Shown here: piece after piece, positions 1-11,939 of the stretch
Numbering within the stretch: position 1 is the stretch's first letter
How the letters are laid out: each line of letters opens with the position of its first letter
Assembly (NCBI RefSeq): GCF_001598795.1
Contig: NZ_BCZP01000001.1
Location: forward strand, 30,001-62,000
DNA: 32,000 bases
DNA from: Delftia acidovorans NBRC 14950
GTDB lineage: Bacteria; Pseudomonadota; Gammaproteobacteria; Burkholderiales; Burkholderiaceae_C
Direction of reading: 5' to 3'
Made by a program: the position numbers and the translations under genes
Notes under the pieces: generated by a model
Databases searched by the model: none
Told to the model about the DNA's origin: nothing
The model's input: the letters and a program-made list of their open reading frames with translations, nothing else

Positions 1-35
1 ACTACGTGAGCATCAACGCCGACTACCGCTCCTGA
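1..35 (+). CDS. 3' end of an upstream gene (partial); the C-terminus resembles ornithine acetyltransferase ArgJ
   Basis: Frame 3 reads ...YVSINADYRS then TGA at 33-35. From memory, ArgJ proteins end in a ...YV(K/R)INA.YR(T/S) motif, and argJ often precedes the DUF815-mutT-yacG-zapD-coaE cluster. Only 10 residues are visible, so this is weak. Confidence 0.35.
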   Translation, partial: YVSINADYRS

Positions 36-56
36 CTCTCCACCCACCGTGCCGCC

Positions 57-95
57 GGCAGCCGCAGGCCTTGTGCCTGGCTGCTGCCAGCTTTC
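57..95 (+). terminator. Possible terminator hairpin after the upstream gene
   Basis: GGCAGC-CG-CAGGC cttgt GCCTG-GCT-GCTGCC forms an interrupted stem (57-88), followed by AGCTTTC. The T-tract is poor. Confidence 0.3.
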
Positions 96-200
96 AATGG
101 CGGCCGGCGCGCAAAAGCTCTGGCGTTGGCATGAGATCCATCTCGATTCCCGGGCATATCCAGCGTCGGTGGCCGTGAGATCCGTATTCGAGAGACATCC

Positions 201-1157
201 ATGACATTGCCCACAGAAGCCGTCGCCGCCCCCTTGCTGCAACTCGTGCAGCGCGCCGAGCAGCTGATGCAGCGCATCGAGGCCATCCTGCCCCAGCCGC
301 TGCAATCCCCCGCAGACTGGAATACCGCGATCGCCTGGCGCTATCGCAAGCGCGCCAACGGCTGCGGTTTGCTGGAGCCCGTGCGCCACGTCGGCGCCAT
401 GCAACTGTCCGACCTGCAGAACATCGATGTGCAAAAGGACAAGATCGCGCGCAATACCGAGCAGTTCGTGACCGGCCGCACGGCCAACAACGTGCTGCTC
501 ACCGGCGCGCGCGGCACGGGCAAATCCTCGCTGATCCGTGCCTGCCTGCATGCCTTTGCGTCGCAGGGCCTGCGCCTGATCGAGGTGGACAAGGCCGATC
601 TGACGGACCTGCCCGACATCGTCGATGTGGTGGCCGGCCGGCCCGAGAAGTTCATCATCTATTGCGACGATCTGAGCTTTGAGGAAGGCGAGCCTGGCTA
701 CAAGGCCCTGAAGTCCATTCTGGATGGATCAGTCAGCGCCGCCAGCCCGAACGTGCTGGTCTATGCGACCAGCAATCGCCGCCATCTGCTGCCGGAGTAC
801 CAGTCCGAGAATCTGACCTACCAGCGCGGCGAGGATGGGGAGCTGCATCCCGGCGAGGTGATTGAGGAAAAGATCTCCTTGTCCGAGCGCTTCGGCCTGT
901 GGGTGAGCTTCTATCCCTTCAGCCAGGACGAGTACCTGCGCGTGGTGGCGCAATGGCTGGAAGCCCTGGGACTGGACCAGGCCACGATCGAGGCCGCGCG
1001 TCCTGAGGCCCTGGTCTGGGCGCTGGAGCGTGGCTCGCGCAGCGGCCGTGTGGCCCATCAGTTCGCCCGTGACTATGCGGGCCGCGCCGAGCGCCCGAAC
1101 CAGCGCCAGACTGGCATCGCCGATGTCCAAGGGCTGGCCGAAGAGGCCGAACTCTGA
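201..1157 (+). CDS. AAA-type ATP-binding protein, DUF815 family
   Basis: 318-aa ORF. Walker A is LLTGARGTGKSS and Walker B-like is FIIYCDDLSF. Overall similarity (from memory) is to the conserved DUF815 ATPases found next to mutT in beta/gammaproteobacteria. Confidence 0.8.
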   Translation: MTLPTEAVAAPLLQLVQRAEQLMQRIEAILPQPLQSPADWNTAIAWRYRKRANGCGLLEPVRHVGAMQLSDLQNIDVQKDKIARNTEQFVTGRTANNVLLTGARGTGKSSLIRACLHAFASQGLRLIEVDKADLTDLPDIVDVVAGRPEKFIIYCDDLSFEEGEPGYKALKSILDGSVSAASPNVLVYATSNRRHLLPEYQSENLTYQRGEDGELHPGEVIEEKISLSERFGLWVSFYPFSQDEYLRVVAQWLEALGLDQATIEAARPEALVWALERGSRSGRVAHQFARDYAGRAERPNQRQTGIADVQGLAEEAEL

Positions 1158-1167
1158 CAAGCCTGCT

Positions 1168-1196
1168 GCCCGGCCTTGGGGCCGGGCGGTTTTTTG
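1168..1196 (+). terminator. Rho-independent terminator after the DUF815 gene
   Basis: GCCCGGCC ttgg GGCCGGGC is an 8-bp GC stem, followed by GGTTTTTTG. Confidence 0.65.
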
Positions 1197-1207
1197 CGAA
1201 AGATCAA

Positions 1208-1726
1208 GTGACTGAAAAAGAAATCTCCCTGAACACCGGCGCCGATGCTGCCCAGTCTCAAACGCCGTCTCAAGCGCCGGCCCAGCGCAAACACACCGAA
1301 GTCGCCGTTGGCGTGCTCCTGCGCGAGTCCGATGGCGCGCTGCTGATCACCAGCCGGCCGCCTGGCAAGCCCTATGCCGGCTATTGGGAGTTCCCGGGTG
1401 GGAAGATCGAATCCGGCGAAACCGTGGAGCAGGCATTGCGTCGCGAGCTTCAGGAAGAGCTGGGCGTCGAGATCGCAGCAGCCCCCGTCTGGAAGGTCAC
1501 CGAGCATGACTATCCGCATGCCCTGGTGCGCCTACACTGGTGCAAGATCACGCGTTGGAGCGGGGAGTTCGAGATGCGAGAAGGCCAGCAGATGGCCTGG
1601 CAGCAACTTCCGCTGCAGGTGCAGCCGGTGCTGCCTGGCGCCTATCCGGTGCTGCAATGGCTCAGCGAGGAACGTGGGCTGCCTTTTGATGTCGGCTTCT
1701 ACGAGGCAGGCCAACCGAAAGTCTGA
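1208..1726 (+). CDS. mutT: Nudix hydrolase, MutT-type 8-oxo-dGTP diphosphatase
   Basis: Nudix box GGKIESGETVEQALRRELQEELGV. The start is GTG at 1208, so the exact start is uncertain. The gene is convergent with yacG. Confidence 0.8.
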   Translation: MTEKEISLNTGADAAQSQTPSQAPAQRKHTEVAVGVLLRESDGALLITSRPPGKPYAGYWEFPGGKIESGETVEQALRRELQEELGVEIAAAPVWKVTEHDYPHALVRLHWCKITRWSGEFEMREGQQMAWQQLPLQVQPVLPGAYPVLQWLSEERGLPFDVGFYEAGQPKV

Positions 1727-1736
1727 ACAGGCCTGA

Positions 1737-2003
1737 TCAGGGTTCAGTGCGAGGATCGCCGAAGGGCGAGTCCTCGGGAGGCATGGGCGCAGGCACGCGG
1801 AATTCCTCGTTGGCCCAGGCGCCCAGGTCGATCTGGTAGCAGCGCTCGCTGCAAAAGGGCCGAAAGCGGTTGGCCGGCGCGAACAGGCTGGGGCCGCTGC
1901 AGGTCGGGCAGCGCACCGTGGGCCCTGCGGATGCGGATGCGGATGCGGATGATGCATCGACAGAGGGCGTGGCTTTCGTGGACATGCCGGCAGTCTTTTT
2001 CAT
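1737..2003 (-). CDS. yacG: DNA gyrase inhibitor YacG (zinc ribbon) with an N-terminal Ser/Ala-rich extension
   Basis: CPTC...[25 protein letters not shown] is the four-Cys YacG signature. I chose the ATG at 2001-2003 because it overlaps the zapD stop as ATGA, which suggests translational coupling. The 160-aa ORF in the track runs upstream into zapD in another frame. Confidence 0.8.
   Translation of the reverse strand: MKKTAGMSTKATPSVDASSASASASAGPTVRCPTCSGPSLFAPANRFRPFCSERCYQIDLGAWANEEFRVPAPMPPEDSPFGDPRTEP
1926..1949. repeat. Perfect hexanucleotide tandem repeat (TGCGGA)x4, in frame inside yacG
   Basis: Read directly: tgcgga tgcgga tgcgga tgcgga. On the minus strand this is (TCCGCA)x4, encoding SASASASA in the YacG N-terminal extension. 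Confidence 0.95.
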
Positions 2004-2758
2004 CAGCTGCAAAGCGTGACCTCGAACGAGGCATCTTCGCTGCAAGGCTGGGGTTTGGCGCCGCTCTCGGGGCGAAGCAGGCGCACCGAAACCAGCAGGC
2101 GGTTGCCGCTGATTTCCGGAACAAGATTCAATGCCGGGTCTATGCGAAGGCGCAGCAGCTGAAAGCTGCGACCGGGCGGCATGGCCTGCTGGAACACGCC
2201 CTTTTCTGCGGCCACCCATTGCGGCACGCCGGTTTCGCGCAGCATCTTGAGCAGCAGCTGCAGCGACTGACCCAGCGGGGTCAGTGTGCTGGCCCAGTCC
2301 TCAAGATCACGCAGGCGCACCTGGGGGTCATGGAACTGCCAGGCGTGATAGGCCGGCAAATCGAAACCGCAGGTGCCGCCAGGGATGCCGATGCGGCTGC
2401 GCACGGCCATCAGCCATTCGTTGTCGGTCAGGGACTGGCCGGCCTTTCCGTTCTGGGCATTGAGCTGGGCAAAGCACTGCTCCACATGGCGGGACACCTG
2501 GTCGAGCATGTGCTGGGCGATATCGGGGTTGCCGCGCAGGCTGTCGAGCAGGCTCTTGTGGCGTTCGAGGTCTTTGAGCACGTCCGTCTTCAGGTCGGTG
2601 CGTGCTGCCACGTCCATGATCTCGAAGATGGTGACCAGCGCGAAATGGTGATCGATGGAATGAGCGCGCGACAGCAACTCGCCCAGGCGGCGATACAGCT
2701 GCTCCAGCCTGAGGTAGGTCCTCAGGCGCTCATTGAAAGGATATTCGTACAGGATCAC
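2003..2758 (-). CDS. zapD: Cell division protein ZapD (YacF family)
   Basis: 251 aa with N-terminus [22 protein letters not shown], typical of ZapD. The conserved order coaE-zapD-yacG is present. Confidence 0.85.
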   Translation of the reverse strand: MILYEYPFNERLRTYLRLEQLYRRLGELLSRAHSIDHHFALVTIFEIMDVAARTDLKTDVLKDLERHKSLLDSLRGNPDIAQHMLDQVSRHVEQCFAQLNAQNGKAGQSLTDNEWLMAVRSRIGIPGGTCGFDLPAYHAWQFHDPQVRLRDLEDWASTLTPLGQSLQLLLKMLRETGVPQWVAAEKGVFQQAMPPGRSFQLLRLRIDPALNLVPEISGNRLLVSVRLLRPESGAKPQPCSEDASFEVTLCS

Positions 2759-2847
2759 GCTTGCTGGGCTCCTCGGGGTGCTCAGGAATCAGCTGTCTAC
2801 GTCGTGCACATGCTGAATTACACGCACAGGCCAAGCCATGGCGTGCA

Positions 2848-3492
2848 TCATAGCCCGAACCATGCCGAGATTCGATCGCTGCATGCGTGCAAAGCCTCTA
2901 TCGTCATGGCTTCGTCGTTGTAGATCACCCAGTCGGCTGCCGCCAGCCGTGCCGCGCGGGTGGCCTGGGCGGTGATGATGGCTTGCACGGCATCGCGGGG
3001 CAATCCGTTGCGGGCCATGACGCGTGCGATCTGCGTTTCCGTCCGGCAGTCCACGACCAGCACGGCATCGAGCAGGGCAGGCCAGCGGCCGGACTCCACA
3101 AGCAGCGGGATGTCATGCACGATGAGCGCGCATCCGGCATCGGTGGCCTGCTGGACTTCAAGGGCCGTTTGCCGAGCCACCAGAGGGTGGATGATGGCTT
3201 CCAGCTGCTGGCGTGCGGCAGGCTGCTGGAAGACCAGTTCTCGCATTCGCGCACGGTCCAGAGCACCGTTCGCATCGATCAGTTCAGGCCCGAAACGGCG
3301 CGCAATCTCGGGCAATGCGGCGCCTGCCGGGGCGGTGAGGCTGCGCGAGATCTGGTCGGCATCGATGATGCTTGCTCCGCGCAAGGCAAGCTGTGCGGCC
3401 ACGGTGCTCTTGCCGCTGCCGATGCCGCCGGTCAGGCCCAGCCGGAAAGGGCGCGGGTGTGGACGTGGTGGCGGGGCGTTGCTGGATTCCAT
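2848..3492 (-). CDS. coaE: Dephospho-CoA kinase
   Basis: P-loop GLTGGIGSGKST near the N-terminus; 214 aa from the ATG at 3490-3492. The 437-aa ORF in the track extends upstream over pilD in a different frame and is not credible. Confidence 0.85.
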   Translation of the reverse strand: MESSNAPPPRPHPRPFRLGLTGGIGSGKSTVAAQLALRGASIIDADQISRSLTAPAGAALPEIARRFGPELIDANGALDRARMRELVFQQPAARQQLEAIIHPLVARQTALEVQQATDAGCALIVHDIPLLVESGRWPALLDAVLVVDCRTETQIARVMARNGLPRDAVQAIITAQATRAARLAAADWVIYNDEAMTIEALHACSDRISAWFGL

Positions 3493-3506
3493 GCCGCAGT
3501 GTCGGA

Positions 3507-4394
3507 TCAAAGACCGATGGCCGCCAACAGGGATTGCAGCATCTGCTGGGGTCCGAACACCATGGCGGCAAAGCCGGCGCCCGCAAGAAAGGGGCCGAAG
3601 GGAACATAGCCACCTTCGCGCAGTCGGCTGTTGATCTTCAGCGCAATGCCCACGATGGCGCCAATCACGGACGAGATCAGGATGATGGGCACAAGAGCCT
3701 GCCAGCCGAACCAGGCCCCCAGCGCGGCAAACAGCTTGAAGTCGCCGTAGCCCATACCTTCCTTGCCGGTGGCGAGCTTGAAGGCCCAGTAGACCAGCCA
3801 CAGCGAAAGATAGCCCGCTGCGGCACCCCAGACCGCGTCGGCCAGAGGCACGGCGGTCCAGTGCAGTGCCGATGAAAGCAGCCCGGCCCACAGCAAGGGC
3901 AGGGTGATGTCGTCGGGGAGCAGTGTGGTATCCCAGTCGATCAATGCCAGGCTCAGCAAGGCGGCGCTGAACAGGCACCAGATGGCGCCCGTGGGCGTGA
4001 TGCCCCATTGCATCGTGCAGTAGGCGAATAGCGCAGCGCAGGCCAGTTCCACCAGCGGATAGCGGATGCTGATCGATGCCTTGCATTCGGAGCACCGGCC
4101 CCGCAGCGCCAGATAGCTGAGCACGGGAATGTTCTCGTACCAGTGGATGGCATGGCCGCAATGCGGGCAGCGCGAGCGGGGGCGGCTCAGGCTCAGGGGA
4201 GCCTCGGCAGGGTCAGTCGCGGCAGCAGATGGAGGTGCGGCGCCGGATTGCTCCTGCGCCCATTGGGCGCATTCCGCATTCCATTGCTGCTCCATCATGC
4301 GGGGCAGCCTATGCACCACCACGTTGAGAAAGCTGCCAACCAACAGGCCCAGCAGGCCGCCCAATGCAGCCTGCATCCAGAGTTCCAAAACCAT
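3507..4394 (-). CDS. pilD: Prepilin leader peptidase / N-methyltransferase (A24 family)
   Basis: Cys cluster CPHCGH...CSECK. Catalytic Asp motifs are GMGYGDFKL and VPFGPFL. The protein has multiple TM helices, and its start overlaps the pilC stop (TGATG). Confidence 0.9.
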   Translation of the reverse strand: MVLELWMQAALGGLLGLLVGSFLNVVVHRLPRMMEQQWNAECAQWAQEQSGAAPPSAAATDPAEAPLSLSRPRSRCPHCGHAIHWYENIPVLSYLALRGRCSECKASISIRYPLVELACAALFAYCTMQWGITPTGAIWCLFSAALLSLALIDWDTTLLPDDITLPLLWAGLLSSALHWTAVPLADAVWGAAAGYLSLWLVYWAFKLATGKEGMGYGDFKLFAALGAWFGWQALVPIILISSVIGAIVGIALKINSRLREGGYVPFGPFLAGAGFAAMVFGPQQMLQSLLAAIGL

Positions 4395-5611
4395 CAGACC
4401 ACCTGACCCAGCTTGAAGATGGGCAGATACATCGAAACCACGATGCCGCCGATGAGGGTGCCCAGGAAAACAATGATGATGGGCTCCATCAGGCTGGACA
4501 GGCCAGCCACCATGTCATCGACCTCTTCCTCGTAGAAATCGGCCGCCTTGCCAAGCATGTGGTCGATGGAGCCGGATTCCTCGCCGATGGCGCACATCTG
4601 CAGCACCATGGAGGGAAAGACGTTGGCATTGGTCATGGCTACCGTGAGGCTGGTGCCGGTGGAGACTTCCTGCTGGATCTTCTCGGTGGCATTGGCGTAG
4701 ACGGCATTCCCGGAGGCGCCGCCGACGGAATCCAGTGCCTCGACCAGCGGAACGCCTGCAGCAAACATGGTCGACAGCGTGCGCGTCCAGCGTGCAACGC
4801 AGGACTTTTCGATCAATGCGCCAAAGACCGGTATCTTCAGCATTGCACGATCCATGAACTGCTGCATGCGCTCGTTGCGCTTCCAAGCCTGCATGAAGAA
4901 GTAGAAGCCGCCTCCGATCACGCCGAAGATCACCCACCACCATTGGACAAAGATGTCGCTGATGCCCATGACGAACAGCGTCGGTGCCGGCAGATCCGCG
5001 CCGAAGGAGCTGAACACTTCCTTGAAGGCGGGAATCACGAAGATCATGATGATGGTCACGACGATGAAGGCCACGACGATCACCGAGATCGGATACATCA
5101 AGGCGGACTTGATCTTGGACTTGATGGCCTCGGTTTTTTCCATATAGGTGGCCAGCCGATCGAGCAGGGCCTCCAGGATACCGGCCGCTTCCCCGGCCTC
5201 CACCAGATTGCAGTAGAGGCTATCGAAGTACATGGGGTGCTTGCGATAGGCCGCATTCAGCGAGGTGCCCGTCTCCACGTCGGAGCGGATATCGGCCAGC
5301 AGGCGCGTGACACTGGGGTTGGTGTTGCCGCGCCCGACGATGTCGAAGGCCTGCAGCAGCGGGACACCAGCCTTCATCATCGTGGCCATCTGGCGCGTGA
5401 ACAGCGCGATGTCCTTGGGTTTGATCCTCTTGCCGCCGCGCGTACGGCGCTTCTTGATCTTGCTGGGAAGCACGCCCTGGCGGCGCAGCATGGCCTGGAC
5501 CTGGTTGATGCCTCCGGCCCGGGTTTCGCCTCGAATGATCTTGCCGTTGCGATCCTTGCCTTCCCACTCGAAGACAAATTCCTTGATTCCCTTGGACGCG
5601 GCTGTGGCCAT
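4394..5611 (-). CDS. pilC: Type IV pilus inner-membrane platform protein (GspF family)
   Basis: 405 aa with the duplicated GspF-type domain architecture and three hydrophobic segments. It sits between pilB and pilD. Confidence 0.9.
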   Translation of the reverse strand: MATAASKGIKEFVFEWEGKDRNGKIIRGETRAGGINQVQAMLRRQGVLPSKIKKRRTRGGKRIKPKDIALFTRQMATMMKAGVPLLQAFDIVGRGNTNPSVTRLLADIRSDVETGTSLNAAYRKHPMYFDSLYCNLVEAGEAAGILEALLDRLATYMEKTEAIKSKIKSALMYPISVIVVAFIVVTIIMIFVIPAFKEVFSSFGADLPAPTLFVMGISDIFVQWWWVIFGVIGGGFYFFMQAWKRNERMQQFMDRAMLKIPVFGALIEKSCVARWTRTLSTMFAAGVPLVEALDSVGGASGNAVYANATEKIQQEVSTGTSLTVAMTNANVFPSMVLQMCAIGEESGSIDHMLGKAADFYEEEVDDMVAGLSSLMEPIIIVFLGTLIGGIVVSMYLPIFKLGQVV

Positions 5612-5649
5612 CGTGCTCCCTCTTTTGTTGTCTGCGCTGTCCGCGCTAT

Positions 5650-7392
<1,743 letters not shown>

Positions 7393-7522
7393 GTAGCAAG
7401 ACGTTTGAGAGGAAAGGACATTTATCCTATCATCCCTGAGGGCTTGAAAGGCCAGACGCACTGTTGCGCACCCAGGTCTTGAACCTGGCTCAATGGTGGC
7501 GTGGTGATGAAGTGACCAGAAA

Positions 7523-7599
7523 TGGTCGGGGTGAGAGGATTCGAACCTCCGGCCTCTACGTCCCGAACGTAGCGCTCTACCAGGCTAAGCTACACCCCG
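7523..7599 (-). tRNA. tRNA-Pro (anticodon CGG)
   Basis: The minus strand reads CGGGGTG TA GCTT AGCCTGGTA GAGC G CTACG TTCGGGA CGTAG AGGCC GGAGG TTCGAAT CCTCT CACCCCG ACCA. This folds by hand into a 77-nt cloverleaf with an encoded CCA and anticodon loop TT-CGG-GA. Confidence 0.9.
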
Positions 7600-7632
7600 T
7601 TGCTTTTTTAGACAAAGCAATGCAGCCTGAAA

Positions 7633-8712
7633 TCAGGTGCGTCGCTCCAAAAGCTGAGAGGCTAATTGTAGCAAACTTGCCGTATGCAAATTGCTCGGGA
7701 GCACATTTATTGCGTCAATGGCGCGGCGTGCCTCGGCATGGGCGGCTTCGCGTGCCACATCCAGCGCGCCTGTGCTGCGCACGATATCCACAACGGCAGA
7801 CAACTGCTCGGTTGAGCCCTGCTCGATGGCGTTGCGCACGATGGCAGCCTGCTCCGGAGTGCCGCGCTGCATGGCGGCAATCAGCGGCAGGGTGCACTTG
7901 CCTTCGCGCAGGTCGTCGCCCAGGTTCTTGCCCATTTCCTGGGTGTCGCCTGTGTAGTCGAGCACGTCGTCAATGATCTGGAAGGCGGTGCCCAGGGCCT
8001 GGCCATAGATGGCGCAGGCCTGTTCGATCTCGCGGGGTGCGTCGGCCAGCACGGCGCCCAGCTGGGCGCTGGCCTCGAACAACTGGGCGGTCTTGGAGCG
8101 GATGACGTGCAGGTAGCCGGCTTCATCCAGCGAGGCATCGTGCGTGTTGATTAACTGCTGCACCTCGCCCTCGGCGATCACGTTGGTGGCGTCCGAGAGG
8201 ATCTTGAGCACACGCATGCTGCCCACTTCCACCATCATCTGGAAGGAGCGCGAGTGCAGGAAGTCCCCGACCAGCACGCTGGCCGGATTGCCGAAGGTCT
8301 CGTTGGCCGTCGGGCGGCCACGGCGCAGGGTGGACTCGTCCACCACGTCGTCGTGCAGCAGAGTGGCGGTATGAATCAGCTCGACCACGGCCGCCAGGAC
8401 ATGCCTGTCCCTGCCTTCGTAGCCCAGCGCATTGCAGACCATGAGCAGCAGGGCCGGGCGAAGGCGCTTGCCGCCTGCAGCAATGATGTACTGGGAGATC
8501 TGGGCAATCAGCGGGACGGTGGTCGTCAGGCGCTGGGCGATCACATGATCCACCTCGCGCATGTCGTCAGTGATCAGGGCAAGCGGATTGGGGGTGGAGA
8601 GAGCTGTGGTCAAGGTACTGTGGCCGCCAAGTGGATCGGCAATTATAGGAAGAGCGATCCCGCCTGCGGCCCGCTCTGGCGGTTGTTTGGGCGCGGGGTG
8701 GGAGCGCTTCAT
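7633..8712 (-). CDS. ispB: Octaprenyl (polyprenyl) diphosphate synthase
   Basis: Two aspartate-rich motifs, LLHDDVVDES and IIDDVLDY. It is divergent from rplU, as in many proteobacteria. The start is uncertain: the first 25-30 codons may be 5' UTR (see findings). Confidence 0.85.
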   Translation of the reverse strand: MKRSHPAPKQPPERAAGGIALPIIADPLGGHSTLTTALSTPNPLALITDDMREVDHVIAQRLTTTVPLIAQISQYIIAAGGKRLRPALLLMVCNALGYEGRDRHVLAAVVELIHTATLLHDDVVDESTLRRGRPTANETFGNPASVLVGDFLHSRSFQMMVEVGSMRVLKILSDATNVIAEGEVQQLINTHDASLDEAGYLHVIRSKTAQLFEASAQLGAVLADAPREIEQACAIYGQALGTAFQIIDDVLDYTGDTQEMGKNLGDDLREGKCTLPLIAAMQRGTPEQAAIVRNAIEQGSTEQLSAVVDIVRSTGALDVAREAAHAEARRAIDAINVLPSNLHTASLLQLASQLLERRT

Positions 8713-8739
8713 GCAAAGAATGTGAGCGCGTGCTAGAAT
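8711..8739 (+). promoter_or_regulatory. Candidate sigma70 promoter for rplU-rpmA
   Basis: Extended -10 TGcTAGAAT (8731-8739), with a weak -35 ATGCAA 17 nt upstream. The rplU RBS AAGAGG lies 7 nt before the ATG. Hand-called only. Confidence 0.3.
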
Positions 8740-8792
8740 CCTCGGCTTCCGTGGAAATTCGTTCGCGGAACTCTCAAATTCAAGAGGTTTAA

Positions 8793-9104
8793 ATGTACGC
8801 AGTCATAAAAACCGGCGGCAAGCAGTATCGCGTTGCAGCCGGCGAAAAGATCAAGGTAGAACAGATTGCTGCGGACGTAGGCCAAGAAGTTGTGATCGAT
8901 CAGGTTCTGGCAGTCGGCAACGGCGCTGAAATCAAGGTCGGCACACCTCTGGTGTCCGGTGCGTCTGTCAAGGCAACCGTGGTTGCTCACGGCAAGCACG
9001 ACAAAGTGCACATCTTCAAGATGCGCCGTCGTAAGCATTATCAGAAGCGCCAAGGCCATCGCCAGCAGTTCACAGAGCTGCAGATCGTGGCGATCGCTGC
9101 TTAA
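8793..9104 (+). CDS. rplU: 50S ribosomal protein L21
   Basis: [14 protein letters not shown]... is a textbook L21 N-terminus; 103 aa. Confidence 0.95.
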   Translation: MYAVIKTGGKQYRVAAGEKIKVEQIAADVGQEVVIDQVLAVGNGAEIKVGTPLVSGASVKATVVAHGKHDKVHIFKMRRRKHYQKRQGHRQQFTELQIVAIAA

Positions 9105-9119
9105 TTCAGGAGCTGAGTC

Positions 9120-9377
9120 ATGGCACAGAAAAAAGGCGGCGGCTCTACGCGAAACGGGCGCGATTCCAAGCCCAAAATGCTCGGCGTGAAGGCTTTCGGT
9201 GGTGAACTGATCACGGCCGGCTCGATCATCGTGCGCCAACGTGGCACCAAGTTCCATCCCGGCGACAACGTCGGCGTGGGCAAGGACCACACCCTGTACG
9301 CTCTGGTGGACGGCCACGTGTCGTTTGCTGTCAAGGGTGCACTGTCCAAGCACACGGTCAATGTGACGGCTGCCTAA
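9120..9377 (+). CDS. rpmA: 50S ribosomal protein L27
   Basis: [16 protein letters not shown]...; 85 aa, with RBS AGGAG upstream. Confidence 0.95.
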   Translation: MAQKKGGGSTRNGRDSKPKMLGVKAFGGELITAGSIIVRQRGTKFHPGDNVGVGKDHTLYALVDGHVSFAVKGALSKHTVNVTAA

Positions 9378-9398
9378 GCCCTGTCACTTCGACGCTCG

Positions 9399-9428
9399 AA
9401 GCCCCGACCTGTCGGGGCTTTGTCGTTT
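9399..9428 (+). terminator. Rho-independent terminator after rpmA
   Basis: AAGCCCCGA cctg TCGGGGCTT followed by TGTCGTTT. Confidence 0.65.
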
Positions 9429-9514
9429 CAGGAGGGTTGTGCATCGTGCCTTCGCCCTCTTTTCCGTCTCTGAGGTGTGGCCTGGGGCTGTCTGGTGCAC
9501 ACTGCTTTTTGTAA

Positions 9515-10642
<1,128 letters not shown>

Positions 10643-10725
10643 GAGCCGCCTGCCGCTCCCATCGCCTTGAACACAACAGCGGCGCGGCCTGCCTGGGCCT
10701 GCGCTGCAAGAATCACTATCCATCC

Positions 10726-11874
10726 ATGTCTTCCAACTTGTTGCGTGATGCCCATCGCATCGTGGTCAAGGTCGGCTCCAGCCTGGTGACCAATGAAGGT
10801 CGCGGTCTTGATGAAGCCGCCATCCAGGAGTGGAGCCGCCAGTTGGCGGCCCTGGTGCGCGGGGATGAGAGCCATGGCGGTCAGCGGCGCGAGGTGATCA
10901 TGGTCTCCAGCGGCGCGGTGGCTGAAGGCATGAAGCGCCTTGGCTGGGCCGCGCGACCCAAGGAGATCCATGAGCTGCAGGCCGCTGCAGCCGTGGGCCA
11001 GATGGGGCTGATACAGATGTACGAGTCCAAGCTGCGCGAGCAGGGCATGGGCAGTGCCCAGGTGCTGCTCACGCATGCCGACCTGGCGGACCGCGAGCGC
11101 TATCTGAATGCGCGCAACACCTTGCTGACGCTGCTGGAGCTGGGCATCGTGCCGGTGATCAACGAGAACGACACCGTGGTCAACGATGAGATCAAGTTCG
11201 GCGACAACGACACCCTGGGCGCTCTGGTTGCCAATCTGATCGAAGCCGATGCCCTGGTCATCCTGACCGATCAGCGAGGCCTTTACAGCGCCGATCCGCG
11301 CAGCAATCCCGATGCACGTTTCATCGACGTGGCAAATGCCGGCGATCCTGCACTGGAGGAGATGGCGGGCGGCGCGGGCTCGTCCATCGGCAAGGGTGGG
11401 ATGATCACCAAGATCCTCGCGGCCAAGCGTGCGGCGGGGTCGGGTGCTTCAACCGTCATCGCCTGGGGCCGTGAACAGGACGTGCTGGTGCGTCTGGCTG
11501 CGGGCGAGTCCATTGGCACGCTGCTCGTGGCGCAGACCCACAAGAACCAGGCGCGCAAGCAGTGGATTGCCGACCATCTGCAGCTGCGCGGCTCCGTGTC
11601 CGTGGATGCCGGCGCCGTGGCCAAGCTGCGCGACGAAGGCAAGAGCCTGCTGCCCATCGGCATGGTGAATGTGGATGGCGAATTCGCCCGCGGCGATGTG
11701 ATTGCCGTGCGCGATGCGCTGGGCATCGAGGTGGCGCGTGGTCTGGCCAACTATGCCAGTGCCGAGGCGCGCCTGCTTTGTCGTAAGAGCTCGGTGGAGA
11801 TCGAGCGCCTGCTGGGCTACTCCGCAGGCCCGGAGATGGTGCACCGCGACAACATGGTGATTGCCGGGCACTGA
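10726..11874 (+). CDS. proB: Glutamate 5-kinase
   Basis: IVVKVGSS and PVINENDTV kinase motifs plus a C-terminal PUA domain. obg-proB adjacency is conserved. Confidence 0.95.
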   Translation: MSSNLLRDAHRIVVKVGSSLVTNEGRGLDEAAIQEWSRQLAALVRGDESHGGQRREVIMVSSGAVAEGMKRLGWAARPKEIHELQAAAAVGQMGLIQMYESKLREQGMGSAQVLLTHADLADRERYLNARNTLLTLLELGIVPVINENDTVVNDEIKFGDNDTLGALVANLIEADALVILTDQRGLYSADPRSNPDARFIDVANAGDPALEEMAGGAGSSIGKGGMITKILAAKRAAGSGASTVIAWGREQDVLVRLAAGESIGTLLVAQTHKNQARKQWIADHLQLRGSVSVDAGAVAKLRDEGKSLLPIGMVNVDGEFARGDVIAVRDALGIEVARGLANYASAEARLLCRKSSVEIERLLGYSAGPEMVHRDNMVIAGH

Positions 11875-11890
11875 TGCCTGCGCAATCGGG

Positions 11891-11924
11891 GCAAAGAAAA
11901 AGCGCACCCTCGGGTGCGCTTTTG
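11891..11924. terminator. Bidirectional terminator between convergent proB and rppH
   Basis: AGCGCACC ctcg GGTGCGCT is flanked by AAAGAAAAA on the left and TTTTG on the right, so either strand sees a stem plus U-tract. Confidence 0.6.
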
Positions 11925-11939
11925 CATGGAGCCTTTGGC

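Noticed and set aside
3493-4161. N-terminal 223 residues of the 437-aa ORF 2848-4161
   Set aside because: It overlaps pilD in another frame. CoaE family proteins begin just before the P-loop, and the ATG at 3490-3492 gives a normal-length 214-aa CoaE.
7600-7620. Hairpin TTGCTTT-tttagac-AAAGCAA between the ispB stop and the tRNA-Pro 5' end
   Set aside because: It is a 7-bp A/T-rich stem with no following U-tract on either strand, so it is not a convincing terminator. It may be a tRNA-processing context or chance.
7393-7632. tRNA-Pro as a genomic-island integration site
   Set aside because: No integrase, no obvious direct repeat of the tRNA 3' half and no compositional shift lie next to it. 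Both flanking genes (pilB, ispB) are core. I could only check repeats by eye.
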